Assembly: GCA_964573245.1 (NCBI GenBank)
Contig: CAZNJA010000022.1
Location: 1 to 20,101 of the forward strand
DNA: 20,101 nt
Direction: 5' to 3'
Source of the DNA: an uncultured bacterium
GTDB lineage: Bacteria; CAIJMQ01
Part shown: positions 1 through 8,897 of the stretch, piece after piece
Layout: each line of letters opens with the position of its first letter
How positions within the stretch are numbered: the first letter of the stretch is position 1
Position numbers and translations under genes: made by a program
The notes under the pieces: model-generated
Seen by the model: the letters and a program-made list of their open reading frames with translations, nothing else
Database searches by the model: none
What the model was told of the DNA's origin: nothing

Positions 1-316
1 TTTCGGTCTTAAAATGAATACTCCCTGCAGGATGAGTATAAATAGTGCTGGTATTGGGCCCTTGAGCGGATTCTCCGTGAGAGTTAAATTGAAATTTCCC
101 AATTTGGCAGGGAAATGTTTCGTTTTTGGGAAGGAAATAAATATCAATCCAACGGATATGATGCTCGGTAGTATTCGGATGCGGTATTTCTTTACCTATC
201 TCCACTTTTATATTGAAGAATTCGCCTTTTTTTACTTTATCGGGAGTATCGATAACAGGAACATGCTTCTCTTTTTTCCAATCTGCGCTTTGAAACAAAT
301 CCTTTATATTTTTCAT
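1..316 (-). CDS. Class II superoxide reductase (neelaredoxin/SORL-type), 3' end beyond window
   Basis: Not in ORF track; translated manually from ATG at 316: MKNIKDLFQSADWKKEKHVPVID...EIPHPNTTEHHIRWIDIYF... with the EKHVP and HPxxxxH iron-ligand motifs; AAGGAG RBS upstream. Confidence 0.9.
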   Translation of the reverse strand, partial: MKNIKDLFQSADWKKEKHVPVIDTPDKVKKGEFFNIKVEIGKEIPHPNTTEHHIRWIDIYFLPKNETFPCQIGKFQFNSHGESAQGPNTSTIYTHPAGSIHFKTE

Positions 317-318
317 TT

Positions 319-795
319 TCACATCTCCTTTTTACCCTCGGAAGTTTTTTCTTCAAGATGTTCCACCATATTTATAAGATAGTCTTTCTGTTCTATTTCT
401 TCCTCCAAAATATTGGCTATGATTTCATGCTCAAAGGACGTTTTGCTCTTTGCAAAACTTATCAATTTTTTATAAGCATCGACAGCACACTGCTCCCTTT
501 TTATGTTTTGAAAAAGTATCGCTTTCACGGAAAAATCTTTTGGCTTCTCATATCCGCAATTGGCTGTTTTGTGCCAATCTTTAGGCGCAAGAACCGGCGT
601 CCCGCCCAACCCTATTATTTTATCGACCAATATTCCCGCATGTTTAAGTTCTTCCGTAGCCATTTCATCCAACTCCTTGGCTATCTCATCACGCATAGGT
701 CCGACCATAACCTTTGCCCCAATCCAAAAACAATAGTAAGAAAGCCATTCATCCGCAAGAGTTTGATTGAGCAGTTCGATAAGTTTTTTTTCCAT
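319..795 (-). CDS. Ferritin-like protein, DPSL/bacterioferritin-related
   Basis: LADEWLSYY...EELKHA...IIGLGGTP...EQCAVDAY...ILEEE ferritin-superfamily pattern. Confidence 0.8.
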   Translation of the reverse strand: MEKKLIELLNQTLADEWLSYYCFWIGAKVMVGPMRDEIAKELDEMATEELKHAGILVDKIIGLGGTPVLAPKDWHKTANCGYEKPKDFSVKAILFQNIKREQCAVDAYKKLISFAKSKTSFEHEIIANILEEEIEQKDYLINMVEHLEEKTSEGKKEM

Positions 796-811
796 TATCC
801 GACTCCTTGTG

Positions 812-1291
812 TTATAGAGTTTCCTTTAAGTTAGACAATTTCAAAAAATGTTTTCTTTCTTCCTCTGTTATTCTATCAATTACATTTTTTTGGTTGTCAG
901 GCACGAGATTTTTGATTTCCTGATAATATAATATTGAGTCAAGCTCTATCCTTATTCCAAAACCTATTATGGACATAGCATCGGGGTTTTTTCCTAATTC
1001 ATCCCCCATGCCCTTTTTAAATATGACATTGTCAGCATAAGCCTTTAAATAAGCAAAATATTCGGGGGGATAAACTTCCTGTGGTTCGTATTTTTCTATT
1101 TCTGGAAGCATAGATTCAAATATTTCTTTATGTTCGAGTTCATCATCGGCAAGCAAAACAAATAATTGCTTTACTTTTTCGTTCTCTACTAAATCCGCAA
1201 ACTTTCTGTAAAATTCCCATCCGTTCTCTTCTATTTTAATTGCAAATTGCAAAACCTCGCTTGCTCCGATGTTTATTTTTTCAGGATTCAT
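812..1291 (-). CDS. Rubrerythrin-like ferritin family protein (no rubredoxin domain)
   Basis: Duplicated AIxxExxGxxFY...LAxDExxH and IxxExxSxxYY...EExxH helix-pair motifs. Confidence 0.85.
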   Translation of the reverse strand: MNPEKINIGASEVLQFAIKIEENGWEFYRKFADLVENEKVKQLFVLLADDELEHKEIFESMLPEIEKYEPQEVYPPEYFAYLKAYADNVIFKKGMGDELGKNPDAMSIIGFGIRIELDSILYYQEIKNLVPDNQKNVIDRITEEERKHFLKLSNLKETL

Positions 1292-1394
1292 ATTCCGCCT
1301 CCTTTAAAAGTTATTGAAACAACTCTAACACATATTTTCATGTTATTTCAATTCCTTGATAACAACTTATATCAGTCGTTATCAAACTCCTTTT

Positions 1395-2135
1395 TCATTT
1401 GATTATCACTTCAGCATTCGGATTAAAAGGATTTGTTCTTAAAGCCAATGAGAAAAGATACGGATATTTTCTCTGTAGATGTTTCATATAGTCAAGCCAT
1501 TCTTCGATCAAAAGAACATATACCCTTTTCATATCTCCCGACAGGTGTTCATAATCGGAATCCGGTAAACTTTCCATATCTTTTCTATGTGCTAATTCTT
1601 CGGTAAAATGAAACACAGCCCACAGAAGATTTGAAAAATTCTGACGTTCTAGAAGAACAGGGTTCTCCAGTAAACGCAGTAAAAATACTCTTCTGTCTTT
1701 AAGAAAAATGCTGAGTTTCTCCAAATCACCTTTTTTTCTGTCAATTATATAATCATGGTTCTTAAACTCTTTCTTAGCATGAAGAAAATCTTTATTTGTC
1801 CATTCCTTATCTACAATAAGATTACTTCCTATTTTAGCCAAATTGCTGTCAAATTCTATTAAGTATTCAATTAACTGCGAACCGACTTCACTAAAAAACG
1901 CGCCGATTACCATATTCATCTTTTCCAGAATGTTGTGCTTTTCTCTTTCAACAAGCACCTTATGAATAATCAACGTAACAATAAGAACATCAATGGGGAT
2001 GAATGCGATATCGCCTAAAAGATAAATAAAAATATGATGTGCATCTTTAAAAATGACAAAATGCGCAAAATATAGAGCGATAGACGAAATTATCAATACG
2101 ATTCCTAAAACGATTTCCCAACTTGGTTTTTTCAT
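1395..2135 (-). CDS. Conserved hypothetical membrane protein (2 N-terminal TM helices plus soluble domain)
   Basis: 246-aa ORF, hydrophobic N-terminus, co-oriented in the cluster. Confidence 0.75.
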   Translation of the reverse strand: MKKPSWEIVLGIVLIISSIALYFAHFVIFKDAHHIFIYLLGDIAFIPIDVLIVTLIIHKVLVEREKHNILEKMNMVIGAFFSEVGSQLIEYLIEFDSNLAKIGSNLIVDKEWTNKDFLHAKKEFKNHDYIIDRKKGDLEKLSIFLKDRRVFLLRLLENPVLLERQNFSNLLWAVFHFTEELAHRKDMESLPDSDYEHLSGDMKRVYVLLIEEWLDYMKHLQRKYPYLFSLALRTNPFNPNAEVIIK

Positions 2136-2151
2136 AAATTACATTATCTTC

Positions 2152-2484
2152 CTAATGTATTATTATTGTTTTTTTCTGGCTTCCACCTATATTGCAAAAA
2201 GCTTCAACTGTAACAGTATCGGAAATTTTCAAAGAAGGGATATGATATATTACTTCCTGGGAATTTCCTTCTTGAAGAGAAAATTTCTGTTCAATTATTT
2301 TTTGCCCATTTAACATCACTTCTACCCTTTTTACATAGTGATTTTTAGGATTTGACACCCCATGAGAAATGCTCACGGATATATTTTTTTCTGATACTGT
2401 TATTTCGACGCTTTTGGGAGAATGTGCAAAGACAGGAGAAACAACAAAAAGCATAATAATTAAAGATAATATTAAATATTTCAC
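2152..2484 (-). CDS. Secreted putative metal-binding protein, SOR/desulfoferrodoxin-like pattern
   Basis: Signal peptide ending VFA-H; HSP...HGVSNPKNHY...AFCNIGG; GTG start overlaps the upstream stop. Confidence 0.65.
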   Translation of the reverse strand: MKYLILSLIIMLFVVSPVFAHSPKSVEITVSEKNISVSISHGVSNPKNHYVKRVEVMLNGQKIIEQKFSLQEGNSQEVIYHIPSLKISDTVTVEAFCNIGGSQKKTIIIH

Positions 2485-2693
2485 TTACCCCTCCTTTTCT
2501 TTATTAGTTTTATCCTGCTATAAATAGTCGGAGATATATGTACTAAAGCAAATACTAAAGTAGCAAGTCCGCTTATTTTATGAAGATTGAAATTTGCGCC
2601 AGTAATACCCAAAATAACAGTTACAATCAATGATAACAAAGCAAGAATACCGGAATATGCGATTAAACGATAAGGTGTAAACAATCTTCCCAT
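2481..2693 (-). CDS. Small two-TM membrane protein
   Basis: 70 aa, two hydrophobic stretches with two His residues, tightly packed in the operon. Confidence 0.65.
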   Translation of the reverse strand: MGRLFTPYRLIAYSGILALLSLIVTVILGITGANFNLHKISGLATLVFALVHISPTIYSRIKLIKKRRGK

Positions 2694-2702
2694 ATCTTCA
2701 TT

Positions 2703-3317
2703 TTAGTTTTTACTCATCTTCTTGGCAATTCTTGTCAACCTTTTACCCAGTTCTTCGGCAATTTTCAAATCTGTATCAGTTGGGGGTTGGTCTGCCGAAG
2801 TACTCACCACAGCAGTGGGACCATAAGGAGTCCCTCCTCTCGTGGTTTCCATAAGTTCCTTAACGCTATAGGGGACACCCATAACTATCGCCCCGTGATG
2901 TAGGAGTGTAAACATCATAGATATAAGCGTTGTTTCTTGCCCGCCGTGTAATGAAGCAGTACAACAGAATACTCCCGCTGGTTTATCAATAAGAGCGCCC
3001 TTCATCCAAAGCTCTCCCGTTTGGTCAAGAAAATTCCTAAGCTGAGAACACATATTTCCGAATCTTGTCGGCGAACCCAAAATTATACCGTCAATATTTT
3101 CCAGTTCATCTAATTTAGCTATAGGAATATCTTTCTGGAGTTCTCTTGCCTTTTTAATTCTCTCGTCTTTATCAATTACGCTCTGCGGCACCAATTCGGG
3201 CACAGTGCGTAAAACAGGCTCTCCACCCTCTGTTTTTACTCCCTTATAAACTGCTTCTGCCATTTTATAAGTGTTACCGAACATACTGTAAAATAAAACC
3301 ATAATTCTGGAATTCAT
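2703..3317 (-). CDS. wrbA: NAD(P)H:quinone oxidoreductase, WrbA family flavoprotein
   Basis: YSMFGNT, GSPTRFGNM, HGGQETTL and GGTPYG motifs. Confidence 0.95.
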   Translation of the reverse strand: MNSRIMVLFYSMFGNTYKMAEAVYKGVKTEGGEPVLRTVPELVPQSVIDKDERIKKARELQKDIPIAKLDELENIDGIILGSPTRFGNMCSQLRNFLDQTGELWMKGALIDKPAGVFCCTASLHGGQETTLISMMFTLLHHGAIVMGVPYSVKELMETTRGGTPYGPTAVVSTSADQPPTDTDLKIAEELGKRLTRIAKKMSKN

Positions 3318-3331
3318 AGTTCACTCCTTCC

Positions 3332-5470
3332 TTACTTATAAGAAATCAATTTCGCATTTAAAGCAACTATAATAGTGCTTAACGACATTATGACAGCGCC
3401 GAGCGCGGGAGGCAAAATTATTCCCTGATAATATAAAACACCCGCAGCCAACGGAATTGCGATAACATTATAGCCCGCAGCCCAAACAAGATTCTGCGTC
3501 ATTTTTTTCTGCATGATTCTTGAAAGAGATATAACATCCACTACATTATGCGGATTATTTTTTACAAGAACGATATCCGCCGTCTTAATCGCTATATCCA
3601 TTCCCGCACCAATGGCAATTCCTACATCTGCTTGAGCTAAAGCCGGGGCATCGTTTATTCCGTCGCCTACCATTGCGACTTTTTTGCCTTGTTTTTGTAA
3701 CTGCCTAATCTTCCTCGCTTTTTTGTCGGGCAAAACTTCCGCAAAGTGAACGTCAATTCCAAGTTCTTCAGCCACATATTCAGCCGTTGCTATATTATCC
3801 CCTGTAATCATTGTAACTTCAAAACCTAAGTTTTTAAGTTTTCTAACCGTTTCTCTGGATTCGTTCCTAATTATATCCGCAAGAGCGATTATGCCCTGAA
3901 CTTTGTCGTTGGAAACAACAATCGCTATCGTTTTTCCCTGAGAAGTTATTTGGTTTACTTTTTCGTTTATTTGTCCCCATCCAACTTTGGTTTGTTTGAG
4001 TATCCTTTCGTTTCCGATATAGATTTCATCGCCTTCTATTTTAGCTTTTACACCCTTGCCGTGAAGTGATTTAAATTGCTTTACATCAAGAAAAATAAGG
4101 TTTTTTTCTTTGGCGTCTTTTACTATGGCTTTACCGACAGAATGTTGCGAATTGATCTCTACCGAAGCGGCTTTGCGCAACAAATCCGATTCCGTCCAAT
4201 CTCCCAAACTTATAACATCCGTTACCCCGAATTCCCCTTTCGTCAATGTTCCCGTTTTGTCAAAAACAATCGTATTCAATTTGTAGGCGTTTTCAAAAGC
4301 GGTTCTGTTCTGTATCAAAAGCCCTCTTTGCGCCAATAATCCTGTAATAACGGCAACCACCAAAGGAATAGCCAAACCTAAAGCGTGCGGACAAGTGATA
4401 ACCATAACCGTTACCATCCGTTCAAGCGCAAACACAAAATCTTTCTCCAGCATAAGCCAAACAGCAATTGTAGCCAATCCAGCGGTTATTGCTATTAACG
4501 TAAGCCAAAAAGCGGCTTTATCGGCAAAATCCTGGGCTTTCGATTTACTTTGTTGAGACTGTCTTACAAGTTCAACCACTAAAGAAAGGTAAGAATCCTT
4601 TCCCGTTTTTACAACTTCAATAGTTAAAGAACCTGACCCGTTAAGAGAACCCCCTATAACAGTATCGTTTTTCTTTTTGTCAATGGGGTTAGATTCACCT
4701 GTCAATAACGCTTCGCTAATGTCGGACTCACCGTCGAGAACCTTTCCGTCCGCCGGAACTTTCTCCCCCGGCCTTACAAGAATCCTATCTCCTTTTTCCA
4801 ATTCCCCGACTTTGATATCCTTTACGGACTTATCTTTTAAAATCAGGTGCGCTTCCAAAGGCATAAGCTCCGCCAGTTTTCCCAAAGCGTCTGACGCGCC
4901 CATAACTGAACGCATCTCAAGCCAGTGTCCCAAAAGCATAACATCTATCAATGTAACCAGTTCCCAGAAGAATATCCCCCCCTTAAGCCCAAAAACCACA
5001 GAAGCGCTGTAAAAATAAGCAACCGAAATCGCCACAGCGATAAGCGTCATCATTCCGGGCTGTTTGATTTTTAATTCTCCGAAAAGTCCTTTTAGAAAAG
5101 GAAATCCGCCATAGAAGTATATAAAAGTGGAAATCGCAAGCAGTAAAAACATATCATAGGGGAACCGAACCGAGAAGTGAAAAACAGATTGAATAAACGG
5201 CGAGAGAATTAGGACGGGAATCGTAGCTGCCAAAGAAACCCAAAACCTTCTTTTGAAATCTTCAATCATGTGAGCATGATGCCCCCCGTGTCCTCCCGCA
5301 TGATGTTCATGCGATTTGAGCATTTCATGCTCTTGTGCTTTCCGTCCATCGGCAAGGAAGGCATTTTTGCAATGTTCACTGCAAAAATAATAAGTTTTCC
5401 CGTCTTTTTTTAACTTTACGGATTTGGCTTTATCAACACGCATCCCACATATATGGTCTTTTACTATCAT
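3332..5470 (-). CDS. copB: Copper-translocating P1B-3 ATPase (CopB-like) with N-terminal YHS domain and His-rich linker
   Basis: TGES, CPHALG, DKTGT, GDGINDAPAL, YN and MSLST motifs; N-terminal DHICGM...YYFCSEHC; HEHHAGGHGGHHAH. Confidence 0.9.
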   Translation of the reverse strand: MIVKDHICGMRVDKAKSVKLKKDGKTYYFCSEHCKNAFLADGRKAQEHEMLKSHEHHAGGHGGHHAHMIEDFKRRFWVSLAATIPVLILSPFIQSVFHFSVRFPYDMFLLLAISTFIYFYGGFPFLKGLFGELKIKQPGMMTLIAVAISVAYFYSASVVFGLKGGIFFWELVTLIDVMLLGHWLEMRSVMGASDALGKLAELMPLEAHLILKDKSVKDIKVGELEKGDRILVRPGEKVPADGKVLDGESDISEALLTGESNPIDKKKNDTVIGGSLNGSGSLTIEVVKTGKDSYLSLVVELVRQSQQSKSKAQDFADKAAFWLTLIAITAGLATIAVWLMLEKDFVFALERMVTVMVITCPHALGLAIPLVVAVITGLLAQRGLLIQNRTAFENAYKLNTIVFDKTGTLTKGEFGVTDVISLGDWTESDLLRKAASVEINSQHSVGKAIVKDAKEKNLIFLDVKQFKSLHGKGVKAKIEGDEIYIGNERILKQTKVGWGQINEKVNQITSQGKTIAIVVSNDKVQGIIALADIIRNESRETVRKLKNLGFEVTMITGDNIATAEYVAEELGIDVHFAEVLPDKKARKIRQLQKQGKKVAMVGDGINDAPALAQADVGIAIGAGMDIAIKTADIVLVKNNPHNVVDVISLSRIMQKKMTQNLVWAAGYNVIAIPLAAGVLYYQGIILPPALGAVIMSLSTIIVALNAKLISYK

Positions 5471-5488
5471 ATTATTTTGACCAGATTT

Positions 5489-6445
5489 CTAAAATCCGAC
5501 TTCTTTAATGACTTTCCGTACCACAGAAGCAGAATTTTTAAAGGACAGCTCCTCTTCAAGATTCAATTTGATGTTCAAAACTTTTCTTGTGCCGTTTCTA
5601 TTTACAATAGCAGGCAAACTTAAATACACATCATTTATTCCCAAGTATCCGTCAACCAAAGATGAAACCGGCAAAATCGCGTTTTCATCGCGCAGTATTG
5701 CGCGGGTTATTCTTACCAAGGCAAGTCCTATACCATATGATGTTTCGCCTTTTTTCTCGATTATTTCGTAAGCAGAATTTTTTACTTCAAGAAAAATATT
5801 GCCAAGTTCTTTATCGCGCTCACATTCAGCAAAACGCTCGCACATAGGGCAATACTCTTTAAATAATATCCCGCCAATCATGGCTCTACTCCATACAGGA
5901 AATTCGCTGTCGCCATGCTCACCAAGCACATACGCGTGGATATTATGAGGGTCAATATTGCAATGTTTGGCAAGTAAAAATCTGAATCTTGCCGTATCAA
6001 GAACTGTCCCCGAACCGATTACTTTTTCAACAGGCTTGGAAGATAATTTATAGGCGGCATAGGCAAGAACATCCACGGGATTGGAAACAACCAGAAGAAT
6101 CGCATTCGGGCTAAACTTTGAAATTTGCGGAATTATCGTTTTGAAAATTTCTATATTGTCTTTCACTAAATCTATGCGCGACTGTCCCGGTATTTGTTTT
6201 TTACCGGCGGTAACAACGATTAAGTCGGAATCTTTCGTGTCGGGATAATCTCCCGCGATTATCTCCACGGGAGAAACATAGGGAGCGGTATGTGAAAGGT
6301 CCAACACCTCCCCCTCAACCCTTTTTTTATCCTTATCGACAAGAACTATTTGGCGCGCAAGCCCGCTCATAATCAAAGCATAGGCATAACGCAGCCCCAC
6401 ATTCCCGCAACCGATTATAGATATTTTGGGACTCAAGTTTTCCAT
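5489..6445 (-). CDS. ldh: L-lactate dehydrogenase
   Basis: GCGNVG Rossmann motif, TAGxxQxPGQSR, SNPVD, GTVLDTARFR, GEHGDS. Confidence 0.92.
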   Translation of the reverse strand: MENLSPKISIIGCGNVGLRYAYALIMSGLARQIVLVDKDKKRVEGEVLDLSHTAPYVSPVEIIAGDYPDTKDSDLIVVTAGKKQIPGQSRIDLVKDNIEIFKTIIPQISKFSPNAILLVVSNPVDVLAYAAYKLSSKPVEKVIGSGTVLDTARFRFLLAKHCNIDPHNIHAYVLGEHGDSEFPVWSRAMIGGILFKEYCPMCERFAECERDKELGNIFLEVKNSAYEIIEKKGETSYGIGLALVRITRAILRDENAILPVSSLVDGYLGINDVYLSLPAIVNRNGTRKVLNIKLNLEEELSFKNSASVVRKVIKEVGF

Positions 6446-6450
6446 AATTT

Positions 6451-6960
6451 CTACTTGATTATTTGTTTTATGCTCTCGAAAACATTCTCATAATCAGGTT
6501 GATTAGTCAATTCTTCAACAACTTGTATGTATCTTACGATATTGTCTTTGTCCAAAATGATTACTGCCCTTGCCAAAAGCTGCAATTCTTTTATTAGTAG
6601 GCCATAGTTTTTACCGAAGGAAGAATATTTATAATCGGAAAGGACCGTTACATTTTTTATGCCGTTCATCTCGCAGAATTTTTTCTGCGCAAAAGGCAAA
6701 TCTTTGCTTATGCCCAAAACTACTATATCGGAAGAAAAATTAGTGGATTTTTTGTTGAATTCCCTCACCTGCAAATCGCAAACGGGCGTATCCAAAGAAG
6801 GGAATGAAGTGATGATTTTTAATTTTTCTTGAAAGTCCGAAAGACTCATATCTTTCATTTCCTGTGAAACAACTGTAAATTCCGGGGCTTTATCTCCAAC
6901 ATTTAAAATTTCCCCTTCCAAAGTTACCGGACTTCCCTTAAACGTTATATTTTTCCCCAT
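6451..6960 (-). CDS. tpx: Thiol peroxidase (atypical 2-Cys peroxiredoxin)
   Basis: PSLDTPVC, SKDLPFAQKKFC, LLARAV. Confidence 0.95.
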   Translation of the reverse strand: MGKNITFKGSPVTLEGEILNVGDKAPEFTVVSQEMKDMSLSDFQEKLKIITSFPSLDTPVCDLQVREFNKKSTNFSSDIVVLGISKDLPFAQKKFCEMNGIKNVTVLSDYKYSSFGKNYGLLIKELQLLARAVIILDKDNIVRYIQVVEELTNQPDYENVFESIKQIIK

Positions 6961-7000
6961 GTCATCCTCCCTTATTTCCGAAACAACTTTACAGACGGTT

Positions 7001-7126
7001 TTAGCCTTCTATCTTTTCCATCGGCTTGCCGCAACATACAAGCTCTCCACCGCCTACTTCGGTCACAACAACCGTATTTCCACAAACACTGCACTCATAC
7101 TTTTCCCCTACTTTCTCTACTGCCAT
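7001..7126 (-). CDS. Stand-alone desulforedoxin-like Fe(Cys)4 protein, 41 aa
   Basis: Below ORF-track cutoff; [41 protein letters not shown], CxxC...CCG motif, GGAGG RBS upstream. Confidence 0.9.
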   Translation of the reverse strand: MAVEKVGEKYECSVCGNTVVVTEVGGGELVCCGKPMEKIEG

Positions 7127-7147
7127 AAGAAACCTCCTTTACTTATA

Positions 7148-8023
7148 TTAATATCCAGTAAAACTTTCCGTTTTTATTTTGTCCGCCGTAACAGATAATT
7201 TATCTTTAAGAATCTCCACCAAACCTTCAACCATTGTGGGGGGTCCGCAAATATAAAAAACCCTTTCTTTGAAATCAGGAATTTCCCCCGTTATCATATC
7301 GTCATTTATATGACCTGTCCTTCCTTCCCATTTTTCAGAAGCATTATCCAACGTATAGATTACGCGTATATTTTTGTTGATTTTCTGCATTTCGGTAAAA
7401 TCATCCCTAAATGCGATATCTTCTTCTGTTCTATTTCCATAAAGTAAAATTATGTCAGCCGGTAATTTCTTATCTGTTGCAAATTTACATATACTTCTTA
7501 TAGGAGTTATGCCTATACCACCGGATATAAATGCTATTTTGGGATATTCTCCTTCGAAAGTTAACCCCGTTAGAGATAAATCTCTAAACGGGGTGAATTT
7601 GCCGAGTGGCATCCTCAACTTTGCCCAGTCTCCGGCTTTTAACTTATCTAAAGCTTTTGAATAGTCGCTTTCCGTTATTCTTTTGGTAAATTCAAGATAA
7701 CCCATTTCCGTAGGTGAATTAGAAAAAGAGAAATGTTTTGTCTTTTCTTCGCCGTTAATTTTTATAGTCACAAAAAAGAACTGTCCGGGTTTAAAATCTG
7801 CATTTTCTTTTGTCTTAAACCCCGTTAGAGATAATCCCGACTTTATGTCGGGATGTAACTTATTTGCAAAGCTTTCTGCCTTGCTTTTAGATTTTACACT
7901 TTTATTGGGAGCTAATCTTCCTGTTAAATCAGAATCTCTAAACGGGGTAAAACGGAAACTTTTTACGTCATGAGTCCTTTGGATAACATCCAACACTTCC
8001 GTTTCAAAAGTAATCGTATCCAT
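7148..8023 (-). CDS. FNR-like FAD/NAD(P)-binding oxidoreductase with two in-frame palindromic insertions
   Basis: FKPGQF, HFSFSNSP, GGIGITP, YGNR, YICGPPTM; start taken as ATG at 8023, just past the upstream gene's stop. Confidence 0.88.
   Translation of the reverse strand: MDTITFETEVLDVIQRTHDVKSFRFTPFRDSDLTGRLAPNKSVKSKSKAESFANKLHPDIKSGLSLTGFKTKENADFKPGQFFFVTIKINGEEKTKHFSFSNSPTEMGYLEFTKRITESDYSKALDKLKAGDWAKLRMPLGKFTPFRDLSLTGLTFEGEYPKIAFISGGIGITPIRSICKFATDKKLPADIILLYGNRTEEDIAFRDDFTEMQKINKNIRVIYTLDNASEKWEGRTGHINDDMITGEIPDFKERVFYICGPPTMVEGLVEILKDKLSVTADKIKTESFTGY
7564..7594. repeat. Short palindromic element ACCCCGTTAGAGAT-AA-ATCTCTAAACGGGGT, in-frame coding insertion
   Basis: Imperfect hairpin; same ends as 7819-7948; adds 11 aa. 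Confidence 0.85.
7819..7948. mobile_element. MITE-like element with terminal inverted repeats, in-frame coding insertion
   Basis: ACCCCGTTAGAGAT (7819-7832) ... ATCTCTAAACGGGGT (7934-7948); TAAA on both sides of the CCCCG..CGGGG core; adds 44 aa. Confidence 0.8.
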
Positions 8024-8027
8024 ATGT

Positions 8028-8897
8028 CTACACATCCACTCCCAAGAATATCCTAACAAGAAAACCTATGCCAAATGATAGAGCTGCAATTCCCAGACTG
8101 ACCATTGCCATCTCGGCAAACCGCGACCTGAACGGAATATCCTGTGCAATCGATACATAAAAAGTGAACATAGCTATTATCAAAACCGCATTAAAAAGAG
8201 TCAGGCCCAGACAAAAATAGAAATTAGAGAAGAGTAAATACGGAAATATCAGAAAGAACACCGTCAGGATATAAGCCGTTCCCGTATAAACAGATGCCTT
8301 AATCGGATTTTTTGCGCCTGCTTCTGTTTTTGTAGAAAGATATTCTGACGCCGCCATTGATAAAGATGCAGCAATACCCGTAATCAAACCCATTGCCGCA
8401 ATCAATCGCGTGTTCTGAAGAGCAAGTGTAAATCCTGCCAAAGCACCTGTAAGCTCTACGAGAGCATCATTCAAACCGAGAACCATTGAGCCGACATATT
8501 TAAGCCGCTCTTCATCTATTAAATCTATAAGCTCTCTTTCGTGTTTATCCTCATCTTCTTCAATTGCTTTTGCTTCGGGGGCAAACTCGTAAAAATCCGC
8601 ATAAGAAACCTGCGCTTTCTGTTCGCCTTTTTCCATGAGTTTCATGCCAAAGGTTATACCGAATATTTTCGCAATAAATAAATATTTCCATAAATTCAGC
8701 TTGCTTGGTTTTATATCTTTCTTTGTATAACCTTTCCAGACATGATAATGCTTCAGCTCATCCTCAGAGATGTTCTTCAATACTTCCCTATTCTTAGGAT
8801 TTTTTGCTGATTGTGAAAGCTTTCTGTAAATAAAATGCTCTGTTATCTCATTTCTCTGAGCAGTTAAAATCCTATTTTTTATTTTTTTAGGTAACAT
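8028..8897 (-). CDS. Rubrerythrin-domain plus VIT1/CCC1 iron transporter (MbfA-like)
   Basis: N-terminal ExxH pairs (EDELKH, EDEDKH); C-terminal LGLNDALVE...SMAASEYLS VIT1 motif and TM helices. Confidence 0.9.
   Translation of the reverse strand: MLPKKIKNRILTAQRNEITEHFIYRKLSQSAKNPKNREVLKNISEDELKHYHVWKGYTKKDIKPSKLNLWKYLFIAKIFGITFGMKLMEKGEQKAQVSYADFYEFAPEAKAIEEDEDKHERELIDLIDEERLKYVGSMVLGLNDALVELTGALAGFTLALQNTRLIAAMGLITGIAASLSMAASEYLSTKTEAGAKNPIKASVYTGTAYILTVFFLIFPYLLFSNFYFCLGLTLFNAVLIIAMFTFYVSIAQDIPFRSRFAEMAMVSLGIAALSFGIGFLVRIFLGVDV

Noticed and set aside
14-834. Plus-strand ORFs 14-382 and 358-834
   Set aside because: Antisense shadows of the SOR and ferritin-like genes, with no recognisable motifs.
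5810-5860. Cys-rich loop CPMCERFAEC in LDH
   Set aside because: Similar Cys-containing loops occur in other bacterial LDHs as I recall (e.g. Thermotoga), and the DNA is not palindromic.
8024-8059. Extended N-terminus of the FNR-like ORF (MLGYSWEWMCRH)
   Set aside because: Overlaps the VIT1 gene end; the ATG at 8023 fits the family start better.
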